From Acholeplasmataceae bacterium (GTDB lineage: Bacteria; Bacillota_I; Bacilli_A; Acholeplasmatales; Acholeplasmataceae): a stretch of 64,000 nucleotides of DNA. Positions within the stretch are counted from its first letter, which is position 1. Each line of letters begins with the position of its first letter. This document shows positions 1 to 10,800 of the stretch, piece after piece. A program made the position numbers and the translations under genes. The notes beneath the pieces are model-generated. The model had not been told where the DNA came from and searched no databases. It worked only from the letters and a program-made list of their open reading frames with translations. The stretch spans positions 70,767 through 134,766 of the forward strand of contig JBMNNF010000003.1 in the NCBI GenBank assembly GCA_050953825.1, read 5' to 3'.

Positions 1-217
1 TGAAAACCATGGTTCGGAAAGATTATATTTTATTAAAACTAAAAATGGGCAAATTTATATTAAAGATGCTCATCGCCAAATTTTAAAAATTAATGATCCA
101 GTTAAATTTGTTGTCAAATTTAGAAATTCATATGGTTTTTGTGAAAATGGTGACCGAATTTATGATGAAAAAGAGGTGAGAGATGTTTATGAACAATATC
201 GATCAGATTCAAAGTAG
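1..217 (+). CDS. ABC transporter ATP-binding protein, C-terminal fragment cut by the window edge (duplicate of 12573..12789)
   Basis: Sequence matches the 3' end of the 11704..12789 CDS at offset 12572. Same frame, stop TAG at 215-217. Confidence 0.8.
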   Translation, partial: ENHGSERLYFIKTKNGQIYIKDAHRQILKINDPVKFVVKFRNSYGFCENGDRIYDEKEVRDVYEQYRSDSK

Positions 218-2468
218 TTATAATTTAAGGATTCAAAATCAAATATTTTCAGAAGAGGATAAGATTACTGAAGCTAGAGAAGCTTATTTTGTGCGTCGTA
301 ATGGTGTTAGGCTCGAATATAATGAAAAGATTAAAGCGGAACAATTAAAAATTACTGAACTTAAGGTTAATAAAAAATATTTAAAAGAAGAGACTCAACG
401 CGAATATAAATTATTAAAAGAAAAACTACAAAATGAAGTTAGACGGATTAATCAAGAATATAAATTTAGTTGTTTAGAAATTAAGGATAATGCTAAATTA
501 CATTTACAAAAAATTGAATCTATTTTCCGTCAAAATATTAATCAATTAATCGCAAAAATTGATGTTAAATCAGTTGATTTGAATGTTAGTGAAGAGTTGG
601 TAATTGCTGATAGCCAATACCAATTAGACTTAAATAAACTAAATCGTAAATATGAAAAAAATATTTATCAAGTAACAAAACGTTACTATTATGAGGAAAA
701 GAAGAAAAACTATCGTTTCCGAATTTTAAACACTAAAAATAATAGCGAGTTAAAAGAAGAATACTCTAAATTCAAACGAAACTTTAAGTTAAAAGAAAAA
801 TCTGGTGAATTATTTGATCTTAAAGAACTACAAAAAGAGTTAATTTTATCAAACAATTATAAATATCACTTAACTAGTTTATTACATGAATTAGATAGAA
901 AAAAACAAGAACTAATTAACCAATCGTATGCACGAATCGTTAAATTAGACGCTTCCATTGAAAACGTAATTACTCAAAGATTACATGAACATGAAATTGG
1001 CGCCAACATTAATCGACTGCAATTGGAAAAGATGATGACTAACTACAAACAATTTTATGAAGAAGAAAAGTTAGTAACTAATCAAGCTCGCAATGAAGAA
1101 TTAGCAGTAGCCTTAAATCAAAAAAACGCCAATATTTCTCGAGTTAAAAAAGCTTATGAAACTAGAATTAGTGAATTGAATGAAAAATATTATCAAACGA
1201 CTAAAGTTAATAAGTTAAAAGTTGAACTTAAGAAAGAGCGTGATTCAACTCAAATCCAACAACTTAAAGAAGAAATCAAAAACGCTAATTTTATTTATCG
1301 TGAAAAGAAATTGATCAATGCTAAAATTAGTGAAATCAAAAAAGTTGTACAAGCGATTAAATTAGAAAAGAAAGAAAAAGTAAGGTTAAATCAAGAAAAT
1401 TTATTAGAAGCGAAACTTCATAAAAATCAAGTTATCAGTGAATGTAAAAATAATATTAAAACCTTAAAACTTGAAAGAAAAGAACACTACAATTCATTAA
1501 CAAAAGAAGAAAAAGAAGAATATAGAGTATATGAGAAATATGCTAAAGAAGAAAGAATTGAACGTGTTAAAATGCGTTTTGATAATGTTGAAAAGAAAGT
1601 TTTCAAACATATCAATACTGCCTATATTTATGCAGTTCCCGCTATTTTTTCGGCAATCATCTTTACTGTATTTCCATTCTTTTTCATGATTATTGGGTCA
1701 CTCTTTAAATTAGATTTAGCTAATCCAAAAAACACTCAATTTTTAGGATTTACCAATTATTACAATAACTTTGTCGTTGACAGTGAATTTCAAATGTCTT
1801 TATATAACACCATTTTGTATTCAATCTTTACAGTAATTTTATTATCAATTGTCACCATTGGTATGGCAGCTTGGTTAGCTAAGGACACTAAAATTCATAA
1901 TGCCGCGCAAACGATGATTTTTACTCCGCATATTGCCTCATTTGTAGCAATTTCCATCTTGTGGATGGCAATGTTAAAGCCAGAAGGGATTATTAATCAA
2001 ATCTTAGCGATATTTGGCATTAAAGGACCGGGTTGGTTAGTTCAACCTAATACCGCTCTACTCTCAGTGAGTTTTGTGACGGTATGGAAAGATGTTGGGT
2101 ATTATATATTAATTATTATTTCGGGGTTGCAATCAATTCCACGATATGTTTATGAAGCGGCTAAGCTTGATAAATCAACTAAAGCCAATACCTTTTTCCA
2201 TTTAACATTACCGTTATTAACCCCAACTTTATCATTTGTCTTTATGACTAAATTTATTAACTCCTTTAAGATCTTCGCTCCAATTGAAATTATGACTGGA
2301 GGCGGGCCAATGGGTAGTTCAATGGTATTAAGTTACTGGGTTTATAAAGTAGGTCGAATTGGATTTAATTACGGAAAAGCGATGGCTGGTGCTGTCATTC
2401 TAACTCTCTTTATTGCGACATTTACCTTTTTAAATAATCGTTTCTTTAGAAGAACGATTAAGTATTAA
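183..2468 (+). CDS. ABC sugar permease (MalF/UgpA type) with an N-terminal K/E/N-rich coiled-coil extension of about 470 aa
   Basis: The C-terminal ~290 aa has 6 hydrophobic segments and an EAA loop (EAAKLDKSTKANTFFHLTLPLL). The N-terminus is heptad-like and charged. Strong SD aagaggtgag lies upstream of ATG 183. Confidence 0.85.
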   Translation: MFMNNIDQIQSSYNLRIQNQIFSEEDKITEAREAYFVRRNGVRLEYNEKIKAEQLKITELKVNKKYLKEETQREYKLLKEKLQNEVRRINQEYKFSCLEIKDNAKLHLQKIESIFRQNINQLIAKIDVKSVDLNVSEELVIADSQYQLDLNKLNRKYEKNIYQVTKRYYYEEKKKNYRFRILNTKNNSELKEEYSKFKRNFKLKEKSGELFDLKELQKELILSNNYKYHLTSLLHELDRKKQELINQSYARIVKLDASIENVITQRLHEHEIGANINRLQLEKMMTNYKQFYEEEKLVTNQARNEELAVALNQKNANISRVKKAYETRISELNEKYYQTTKVNKLKVELKKERDSTQIQQLKEEIKNANFIYREKKLINAKISEIKKVVQAIKLEKKEKVRLNQENLLEAKLHKNQVISECKNNIKTLKLERKEHYNSLTKEEKEEYRVYEKYAKEERIERVKMRFDNVEKKVFKHINTAYIYAVPAIFSAIIFTVFPFFFMIIGSLFKLDLANPKNTQFLGFTNYYNNFVVDSEFQMSLYNTILYSIFTVILLSIVTIGMAAWLAKDTKIHNAAQTMIFTPHIASFVAISILWMAMLKPEGIINQILAIFGIKGPGWLVQPNTALLSVSFVTVWKDVGYYILIIISGLQSIPRYVYEAAKLDKSTKANTFFHLTLPLLTPTLSFVFMTKFINSFKIFAPIEIMTGGGPMGSSMVLSYWVYKVGRIGFNYGKAMAGAVILTLFIATFTFLNNRFFRRTIKY

Positions 2469-2485
2469 CAAAGGAGGAGTATTTA

Positions 2486-3523
2486 ATGGACCGAGAAGAA
2501 ATTTTACAAAAAGCTAATCTTCCTGAAGAAGGAGCTTATTATACTCCAATTATTAAAGAGTTAACCCATCAAGAGATTAAACGAGCTCGAATTAAACATC
2601 GCGTTAAATATGTGTTAAAGATTTTAAACTATTTATTACTATTAGTAGTCGGAGCTTCATTTGTCTATCCATTTATTTGGATGTTTTCGATGTCATTAAG
2701 AACGATTGCGGAAGCTAACCTATTCTCTCCCAATTTGATTGTGACCAATCCGCAATGGGGTAACTATTTAGAAGCTTGGAAACGAGCTAAGTTTAGTAAG
2801 TATTTAGGCAATTCCATTATGTATGCAGTATTAGTTTTAGGATTGCAATATTTCTTTATTATTCCGATTGCTTATGCGTTAGCTAGAATGGAATTTAAAG
2901 GTCGTAAGACATTATTTATTATTAAACAAATCGGTATGATGTTACCAATGGAGGCAACCTTAATCCCAGTTTATTTTCTATATGCGAGAATCGGTCTAGT
3001 TGATACTTGGACGGGATTAATTTTACCAAGTTTATTTTCAATGTTTGGTATTTACATGTTTATGAATCACTTTAAGACAGTACCAAATGAGATTGTCGAA
3101 TCAGCTAAATTGGATAAAGCTAAAAATAGAACCATCATGATTCGAATTATGGTTCCATACATTTTACCAACTTTTATTACCCACTTTATTTTAACGTTTA
3201 TTTCTAATTGGAACAGTTATTATTGGGTCTTAGTTATGACTTCAAGCGAAAGATTAAAAACCCTTCCAGTAGCCATTACCGGACTTTTAAGAGCGGAAGG
3301 AATTACCCAACCATGGCATTTAGCGATGGCTGGTAACATTTTACAACTAGCACCAATTCTATTAATGTATATTTTTGGTAACCAACAAGTTAAGCGAGCG
3401 ATGATTGGTGGTAGAAAAATTAAATTTGCTGGATCAAGAAATAAAAAATCATTATTCAAACGAATTAAAGAAAAAATTGCTAAATCCAAAACTCAAATTA
3501 CTTATGTTGAAAGGAAGGAATAA
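2486..3523 (+). CDS. ABC sugar permease (MalG/UgpE type)
   Basis: EAA loop ESAKLDKAKNRTIMIRIMVPYILP, multiple TM segments, SD aaaggagg upstream. Confidence 0.9.
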   Translation: MDREEILQKANLPEEGAYYTPIIKELTHQEIKRARIKHRVKYVLKILNYLLLLVVGASFVYPFIWMFSMSLRTIAEANLFSPNLIVTNPQWGNYLEAWKRAKFSKYLGNSIMYAVLVLGLQYFFIIPIAYALARMEFKGRKTLFIIKQIGMMLPMEATLIPVYFLYARIGLVDTWTGLILPSLFSMFGIYMFMNHFKTVPNEIVESAKLDKAKNRTIMIRIMVPYILPTFITHFILTFISNWNSYYWVLVMTSSERLKTLPVAITGLLRAEGITQPWHLAMAGNILQLAPILLMYIFGNQQVKRAMIGGRKIKFAGSRNKKSLFKRIKEKIAKSKTQITYVERKE

Positions 3524-3526
3524 CAT

Positions 3527-4960
3527 ATGAAAAAAATATTTTCTAGTTTTATAGCATTATTATTACTAATAGTTTTAGTTGGGTGTATTCAACCAACATC
3601 TGATGATATTCCCAATGGAGAAATCTTTGATGAAACTAAAACCTGGGAAATGTATGGCGATGGACATTTAGTTAATCGTGATATTGAAATTGAATATTGG
3701 CACGCTAATTCAGCACTAGATATTCAAGGTAAAACGATGGCGCGAATGGTTGAAGAATTTAATACTTACCAACAAGAAACATATCCAGGAAGTGCCATTA
3801 CGGTCAAATTAACTTTTACCAATGGTTATATTCCGATGAATCAAAAATTGCAAGCCGGTTTATTGGGTAATACCAACCCAGAAATTGCAATGGTTGGAGT
3901 TTCATCAATGGCTCTTTATCACAGTAGTGCCATTGATATGAGAGAAATTTTCACATACGATGAAATTAGAGATATTTTTCCTGGCTTTTTACAATTTGCG
4001 ATGTATCGTGATAAATTTGTCGCCTATCCATATTTTGCCGCTTCCAATGTCATGGTATTAAACCGAACATTATTAAAGAGAACAGGTATGCATATTCCAA
4101 CAGTTGATGAAATTGTTGCGGATCCAGAAAATTCAATTTGGACTTGGGATTATTTACGCGAAGTCTTAGAAGCGGTTCGCGCTTTACCGGATGCGAAAGA
4201 GAAAAATTTATATGGATTAGCGACTAATGGAATTCCATTATATGAGTCATTTTTCTCACACGGAGAAGCGCCTTATACTCAAGGGGCAACCCAAGTCGCC
4301 TTTACTAAAAAAACTGCGACTAAAATCTTTAAATATTGGCAAGACATGGCTAAAGATGATTTATTTGAAAATCCAGTGATTGACCCACAACACCATAACC
4401 AAATTAAAGGTAAATATATCAACGGTCAATATGGAATTATGATTGCCTCATCATCAATGGTGTTAGATATGCATAATTCATTAAGAGATCCAGAAACTGG
4501 TGAATTATCGTTTGAAGCTGATGTATTACCACATCCAAAAGAAAAATACTTTTATTCTAACCACAGCGGTGGTGGGTTAATTTTATTTAATAATAAAAAT
4601 CAAACTAAAAGAAGTGCCGCTGTTGAATTTTTAAGATGGCTTCAAGCTCCTGAACAACAAGTTGAGTTTTCAACTAATGCCGGATATTTAATTACTACTT
4701 ATTCTGCCCAAAATACTCAAAAGTGGAAAGATTTTACTAGAGATGTTAACCCAACGATGGATGAAGTTTTAAAGATGATGGAATTTACTCCACAAGGCGG
4801 TTTAAAATTACCAATTGGTCGAGCTAAAGGTTTAGCTGATGATGACTTTGGTAAATACTCTAAAGGTATTTTCTATGAAAACTTTAAACGTTCACCAGCT
4901 GAAGTCGTTGATGAGTGTATCCGTCGGGTTAATCAAATTTTAGATGAGAATAAGGAATAA
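3527..4960 (+). CDS. Extracellular solute-binding lipoprotein of the sugar ABC transporter
   Basis: Signal peptide with lipobox LVGC. Size and position are typical of a family-1 sugar-binding protein. Confidence 0.85.
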   Translation: MKKIFSSFIALLLLIVLVGCIQPTSDDIPNGEIFDETKTWEMYGDGHLVNRDIEIEYWHANSALDIQGKTMARMVEEFNTYQQETYPGSAITVKLTFTNGYIPMNQKLQAGLLGNTNPEIAMVGVSSMALYHSSAIDMREIFTYDEIRDIFPGFLQFAMYRDKFVAYPYFAASNVMVLNRTLLKRTGMHIPTVDEIVADPENSIWTWDYLREVLEAVRALPDAKEKNLYGLATNGIPLYESFFSHGEAPYTQGATQVAFTKKTATKIFKYWQDMAKDDLFENPVIDPQHHNQIKGKYINGQYGIMIASSSMVLDMHNSLRDPETGELSFEADVLPHPKEKYFYSNHSGGGLILFNNKNQTKRSAAVEFLRWLQAPEQQVEFSTNAGYLITTYSAQNTQKWKDFTRDVNPTMDEVLKMMEFTPQGGLKLPIGRAKGLADDDFGKYSKGIFYENFKRSPAEVVDECIRRVNQILDENKE

Positions 4961-4962
4961 TT

Positions 4963-6225
4963 ATGAGACTTACAGCTACCAATGAAAAAATAACCATTTC
5001 CATTGTTGGAGCTGGTAACCGCGCTAAGGCGTATGTTGACGCCTTAGATCAGCTGTATCCTCATCAATTTGAAATTACAGCGTTATTTGAACCAGATCCC
5101 AAACGACAAAAATATTTTCAAGATAAATATCATATCAAAAAAGAAAATATTTTTCGTGGTTATGAAGATTTTATTAAATTAAAAAGAATTTCTGATATCG
5201 TTATTATTGCCACATTAGACAATCAACACTATATTCCAACTATGCACGCGATTAAAGCGGGTTACGATATTATTTTAGAAAAACCGATCTCAATGTCATT
5301 AAAGGAAACCATTGAAATTGGTGAACTAGGCAAAAAACATCCAAATCAAATTATCGCAGTTTGCCACGTGTTAAGACATTCACCATTCTTTAGAAAAATT
5401 AAAGAATTACTTGATCAAAAAGTAATTGGTGATATCGTTAATTTTCAACATAATGAAAATGTCGGCTATTATCATTTCGCTCATTCATATGTTCGTGGCA
5501 ATTGGCGTAATTTAAAAGTAGCGGCTCCATTTATTGTCGCTAAGAGTTGTCATGACTTAGATATCTTATTATATCTAATCAATAAAAAATCAGTTAGATT
5601 TTCATCAATGGGGACATTATCATTTTTCACCCATGAAAATTATAATGACGAATTGATGGCACCAAGATGTCAAGATTGTAAGATTGAAGGTGATTGCCCA
5701 TATAGTGCTTTAAAGATTTACAGCGGTAAATTAATTAGAAGTGTACTATTTGATAATTCATCAGTTGAAAGATTAAAAGAAGAGTTATCAAATAGCCCTT
5801 ATGGCCGATGTGTTTTCCAATCAGATAACGATGTCGCTGATCACCAAGTTACGATTATTGAATTTGAAGATGGAGTTACCGCAACATTTAATTTATCCGC
5901 ATTTACTAATAAAATTCACCGCTCATTAAAAATAATGGGAACTTATGGTGAAATTAGAGCGACTGAAGTTGGAAAAATTATTGAAGTGTGGCCATTTGGC
6001 AAAGATCCATATTATGTTGAAGTTGATGAAATTGTCGGGGGACATGGCGGTTCAGATACCGTATTTATGGATAACTTTATGAAATCATATCTTTACGGAG
6101 AAAAATTTGATTCCACTTTAGCGATGTCCATTGAGTCACATGTTATTGCGTATGGTGCTGAGGCATCACGATTAGAAAACGGTAAAATGATTGAAACTCA
6201 AAAGTTTTACTTAGAGAATAAATAG
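4963..6225 (+). CDS. Gfo/Idh/MocA family oxidoreductase (intact copy)
   Basis: N-terminal Rossmann motif [13 protein letters not shown] and the EKP motif (ILEKPISMS). Confidence 0.85.
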   Translation: MRLTATNEKITISIVGAGNRAKAYVDALDQLYPHQFEITALFEPDPKRQKYFQDKYHIKKENIFRGYEDFIKLKRISDIVIIATLDNQHYIPTMHAIKAGYDIILEKPISMSLKETIEIGELGKKHPNQIIAVCHVLRHSPFFRKIKELLDQKVIGDIVNFQHNENVGYYHFAHSYVRGNWRNLKVAAPFIVAKSCHDLDILLYLINKKSVRFSSMGTLSFFTHENYNDELMAPRCQDCKIEGDCPYSALKIYSGKLIRSVLFDNSSVERLKEELSNSPYGRCVFQSDNDVADHQVTIIEFEDGVTATFNLSAFTNKIHRSLKIMGTYGEIRATEVGKIIEVWPFGKDPYYVEVDEIVGGHGGSDTVFMDNFMKSYLYGEKFDSTLAMSIESHVIAYGAEASRLENGKMIETQKFYLENK

Positions 6226-6237
6226 GAGGGAAGAAAA

Positions 6238-7869
6238 ATGAAACGAATTATCCTAGGAATATTATTGTTAATGATGTCATTATCGTTAGTGGCTTGTAAT
6301 GGTGGTGATAAACCACCAAAACCAGATCCAAACGGTAATGGTGGTGATACTGAAACTTATTACAAATTAACCTTACCAGATTCGATTGTTTCCGATCAAG
6401 CGGATAATACTAAGATTTTAAAAGATACTCAAGTTAAAATTACAATTACAGTTCCAGAAAATCATTCAATTGAAACATTAATGATTTATAACATTGATTA
6501 TTCAGATGACGTCACTGATAACGAACTGACTTTTAAGATGACGGCCGATTTAGAAATTACAGTATCATTTAAAGAAATCATTCTTGAACCAGTTTATTAT
6601 GAATATAAAATTCAACTACCATCAACTCATTTACTAGCTGATGCGACTGAAGAAGAATTAAAAGTAGTTGAGGGAGCACCAGAGTTAATGATTATCGGAG
6701 TTTTATTAGATTCATATTACTACTATAATTATGAAACATTAAGTGGTTATGAATATATTAAAGTATTCAATAACACAGATCAGCCATACAATATGATAAA
6801 TCATAGAATTACTTTATCGAATCCAACTCAAGGTCGTAACTACGAAGACGAAGAATGTCGAAATGGTAATATCGCTTTCGTGACCGGAACATTATATAGT
6901 TCATTTATTGACGATGATTTCATTATTGAGCCATTATCAATTGGATTGATTTGGTTAAAACCATATTATTGGGTAGCGGGATCGGGTGCCCAAGGATTTG
7001 CCAAACCATATACAGCTGATATCTTACATGGTATGGCGGATAAACCAGGTGCGATGCAACAAACTATTGAAGATTTTAGAGCCTTCTGGCATCTAGATGA
7101 GACAATCCCAGTTTATGAATCGTGTAACCAACCATTCGTGGGAATACACCCAGATTTTAAAGCGAATGGATTATTCCCAATTTTTACACCGGCTGCAGGA
7201 ACACCATATTCACACTTAAATACAGGATTATTGAGATCGATTGAAATTACTAAATTTGATGATCAAGGTGGTACGGCAACGGCTGAACTATTAAATAAAT
7301 ATAGTGAACTTTCAGAAGATAAAAAAACTAATCCAGATTTAATTTATGGGAAAACAGCTTTCAATACTTTAATAGTTCGCGATGGCGGTGTCGATATTGA
7401 TTTATATATGGATTATCCTAACATCCGTAAATATTTTAAATCAATTGTTAGAGCTACTTTTACCGGACTAATTAATCCGGCGACTTTGTCTCAAGGTCAA
7501 ATTGATTTATTAGATAAAGTTGATTTCTTGAATGCATCAGGGCCTGGTGTCGGACATTGGCCTAATACGGTAGAACTGCAATTTAGACCACCAAAAGAAG
7601 GTGAAAGAATTATGCAAATGCAACTGCCATTACGCCAATACGCCAATTTAGAAAAATATATGGTACCAAAACAATTTGAAATTATGCGATATGTTAAGAA
7701 AAATGAAGTAACATATCGATTTGTAGAACAAACTATTTTATTTACTCACGATCCAGAATCAGTTCCAGTAGAAGAAATTAAATGGCGTGAGTGGGAAGTC
7801 GAAAGCGAAGGTCGCTTATCGGCAGCTTGTCCAGGAAAAATTAAAGCGATTAACTTAACTAGACCATAA
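6238..7869 (+). CDS. Lipoprotein of unknown function
   Basis: Lipobox LVAC followed by a G/P/N/D-rich linker. No family recognised with confidence. Confidence 0.7.
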   Translation: MKRIILGILLLMMSLSLVACNGGDKPPKPDPNGNGGDTETYYKLTLPDSIVSDQADNTKILKDTQVKITITVPENHSIETLMIYNIDYSDDVTDNELTFKMTADLEITVSFKEIILEPVYYEYKIQLPSTHLLADATEEELKVVEGAPELMIIGVLLDSYYYYNYETLSGYEYIKVFNNTDQPYNMINHRITLSNPTQGRNYEDEECRNGNIAFVTGTLYSSFIDDDFIIEPLSIGLIWLKPYYWVAGSGAQGFAKPYTADILHGMADKPGAMQQTIEDFRAFWHLDETIPVYESCNQPFVGIHPDFKANGLFPIFTPAAGTPYSHLNTGLLRSIEITKFDDQGGTATAELLNKYSELSEDKKTNPDLIYGKTAFNTLIVRDGGVDIDLYMDYPNIRKYFKSIVRATFTGLINPATLSQGQIDLLDKVDFLNASGPGVGHWPNTVELQFRPPKEGERIMQMQLPLRQYANLEKYMVPKQFEIMRYVKKNEVTYRFVEQTILFTHDPESVPVEEIKWREWEVESEGRLSAACPGKIKAINLTRP

Positions 7870-7877
7870 CCAAAAAC

Positions 7878-10800
7878 ATGAAAAATAAACAAGTGTTAAA
7901 AAAACTTATCTTAATTTTAGTTATATCAGTTTCGATAGTTTTTATTGCTGCCTGCAATCGGAAGGCAACATTAGCCATTACTTATGAAAATGGAGTTTAC
8001 GGAGTTATTACTAATAAAGAAGTTGAAAGTATTACCGCTAACGAAACTGAATATCAATTAGAAAGAGTGACTGATAAGAAAATCCACTTTAATTATGAAA
8101 GCCATAATTTAGATAATGAATATAGTAATTCAGTCAAAATAAATGACTACATCTATCCTTTAACAGCTACTAAAGATGATCAAAATGTCTTTGTTAAAAA
8201 TGTGATTGTTTTGAGTGGGATTATCATTAAAGATGAAAAAATTGTGGTGGTAATTCAGGCAGGAACTAATAATTTTAACACTTATGATAACTTTTGGTTA
8301 AGAAATATCAAACTGTCAATTGATGGAACTGATATTTGGTCAGAAGAATATACCAAAGACGAATATGAAGGAGAATCATTTAAATTTGGTTCTAATGAGT
8401 TAACTTCACCATATCGCACTGGATATAGTGATGAAATGAGTTTAACCTTTCAGATTCCTGATGAATTTTTAACTCATTGGGGAATAGATTTAAACTTAAA
8501 AGATCAAAAAATAGAGACAGTAACCAATGGCTTTGCACAATCATTTGATAATCCTTCATATCTTGAAATCGAGTCAAATCTCAAATCAGGCTTAATTAGT
8601 GAATCATTTCATCTTAATATAAAGGCTAGTAAAGATATTGATTTTTATGTGACTATGGATCAAGTGGTAATTCCTAGTGATTTATACTTTGACCAAAACT
8701 CGTGGTCACCAGGAACTCATAAGATTTTAATCTTTGCGACTAATGAATATGGTTTTTCTAGACAAATAGTTGAAGAAGTAGAGTTTAAAAATTATGAGCG
8801 GGTTATTGTTGATCAAATCTTTGATTTTTATGAAACAGGACATAATTTAATTGCGCCAAAAGGGCTGCAAAATATAGGTGTCAAAAAAACTTTTAGTAAT
8901 AATATGACTTCACCGTTTTCTAAAGTTGCTATTCAAAACTTTATTGTTAAAGTAAATGAATCAAATGATTTCGTTTGGGAAGGAACGGCACCAATCAACA
9001 GAACTTTAAAATTAGAAGTGTATAATCATAAAAAAGAAACATTTGAAACAGTTTCAACTAATAAGGTTACTGAGAGTGCAGAAGTTATTAGATTAGGTTT
9101 TAATTATCAAAACCAATCAGACTGGCAAAAGAATTCAGAACTTACTATAAGAGTAGTATCTGAAAATCTAAACGTTAATGTTATACCTGATAAATACATC
9201 TATCATATTACTGATACCCAATATATTGTACAAAAAGGCAATACTGGTCCTGGAATTATTAGAGATCGTGCCGTTAAAGCGTTAAATGAGATGCGTGATG
9301 AAGTTTTAAGAGGTTATCAAAACAATTTAATTTATACCATGATTACTGGTGATATGATTCAATCAATTCACGAAAGTCATGAAGGTGAATGGAATGTATT
9401 TATGGATGAATTTTTAAGCCCAATTTTAAGTCCTAATCACCCATTAGGGGTGTTAACTGGAAATCATGATGTTGGTGGTACTAGCGATTGGTATAAAGAT
9501 GGGGCGAATAATTTTGATGAACATTTATCATATGAGTCTTACGGAACTCATTTAGGCGAATCGAAATTTAATGAGTATTCATGGTATCAAGAATCCTTTG
9601 AAGATAACCGTAGTCACTATGACTTAATTAACATTAATGGTGAAGATTATATATTCCTTTATTTGGGTTGGGGAAGCGATCGTTTTGGAGTTCATGTTTC
9701 ATCAAAAGATATCGCTTTTGGTAAAAGGGTGTTAGATGAAAACCCAAATACTAAAGCCATTTTATTAGTCCACGAATATTTAAATAATCGTGGTGGTCGA
9801 ACCGCAACTGGCAATTATCTATTCGAAAATTTAGTATTAAAATGTCCAAATATATTATTAGTTTTTTGTGGTCATATTAATGGATCAACTTATAGAATTG
9901 ATTTTATCGATGATGATGAAGATGGCATTACTGATCGTCAAGTCTTACAAAGTTTAACTGATTTTCAAGAAGAAGAAAATACTAATGGCGCTTCGTTTAT
10001 TAGAAGATTAGCTCTAGACTTTACAAATAATCAAATTGGTTTTGATTTATATTCACCTTACTATAAAGATAGTGACATCATCGTTAATACTCATCCTGAT
10101 ATTGTCAAAAAAATCTTAAATATTTGTGATCAACCAATTAGTTTATTGATGGCTTATGCAAGATTATTAGGCAACATCAACTATAAAGATATGAAACCTT
10201 ATTATTTCGGATTAAATCATTTTGGTTGGTTTACCAAAATCATTGATCGCCGAAATAATGAAGATATTACGCAAAAAATTAAGGATAAAATCCAAAAAGA
10301 AGGATTTTATCCAGCAGATATGGAAAAAAGAGATCCGTCGTGGTTGCCAACATATAGCGCAGTGAAAAATATGCTAGATTTAGATGACACGTATCTTCCT
10401 AATACATATCTACAATATTATTTATTAAGAGATCGTAGTTTTTCACATTTAAATCCTAATTATACAAGAGCGAATGAAGTCATGGATGGTCGTGAAAAAA
10501 GAGTGTATGAAGAATGTCAACGTGTGATATCTAATAATAGCGCTCATGATACACCAGCTTTAAACGATTTAGATAAACAAGATGCTCATGGTGATATGAT
10601 CTTAGAAATTGCTGAGGCAATTTATCAAAATAATAATCGTTTTTATGTAGTTATCGTTTCTAATCAAAATAAAATAATTGAAAATTTAGATGAAGATGTC
10701 ATGGTCGAAGTTCTTTGTGAATTAGGTAGTGATGGTCCCAAACCATGTCATGTTGGGAAAATCGGCACCTATCATAAAGGGTTAATTGAACAACAAGCAG

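Larger units (their letters stand above)
1..6038. repeat. Copy A of a long direct repeat (partner 12573..18610); left end truncated by the window
   Basis: Constant offset of 12572. All contained ORFs have identical translations and the spacers I compared are identical. Copies diverge after ...gaaattgtcgg at 6038/18610. Confidence 0.9.

Noticed and set aside
3220-3489. Antisense ORFs inside well-supported genes. They include 3220-3489 and 15792-16061, 8392-8577, 10699-10881, 11976-12182, 18806-18991, 21168-21395, 26381-26680, 35778-35975, 38245-38496, 40476-40676, 41191-41451, 43689-44039, 46085-46267 and 63052-63246.
   Set aside because: Each lies wholly within, or largely opposite, a longer ORF with clear family motifs. 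None has an RBS or a recognisable motif of its own. They are typical chance ORFs.
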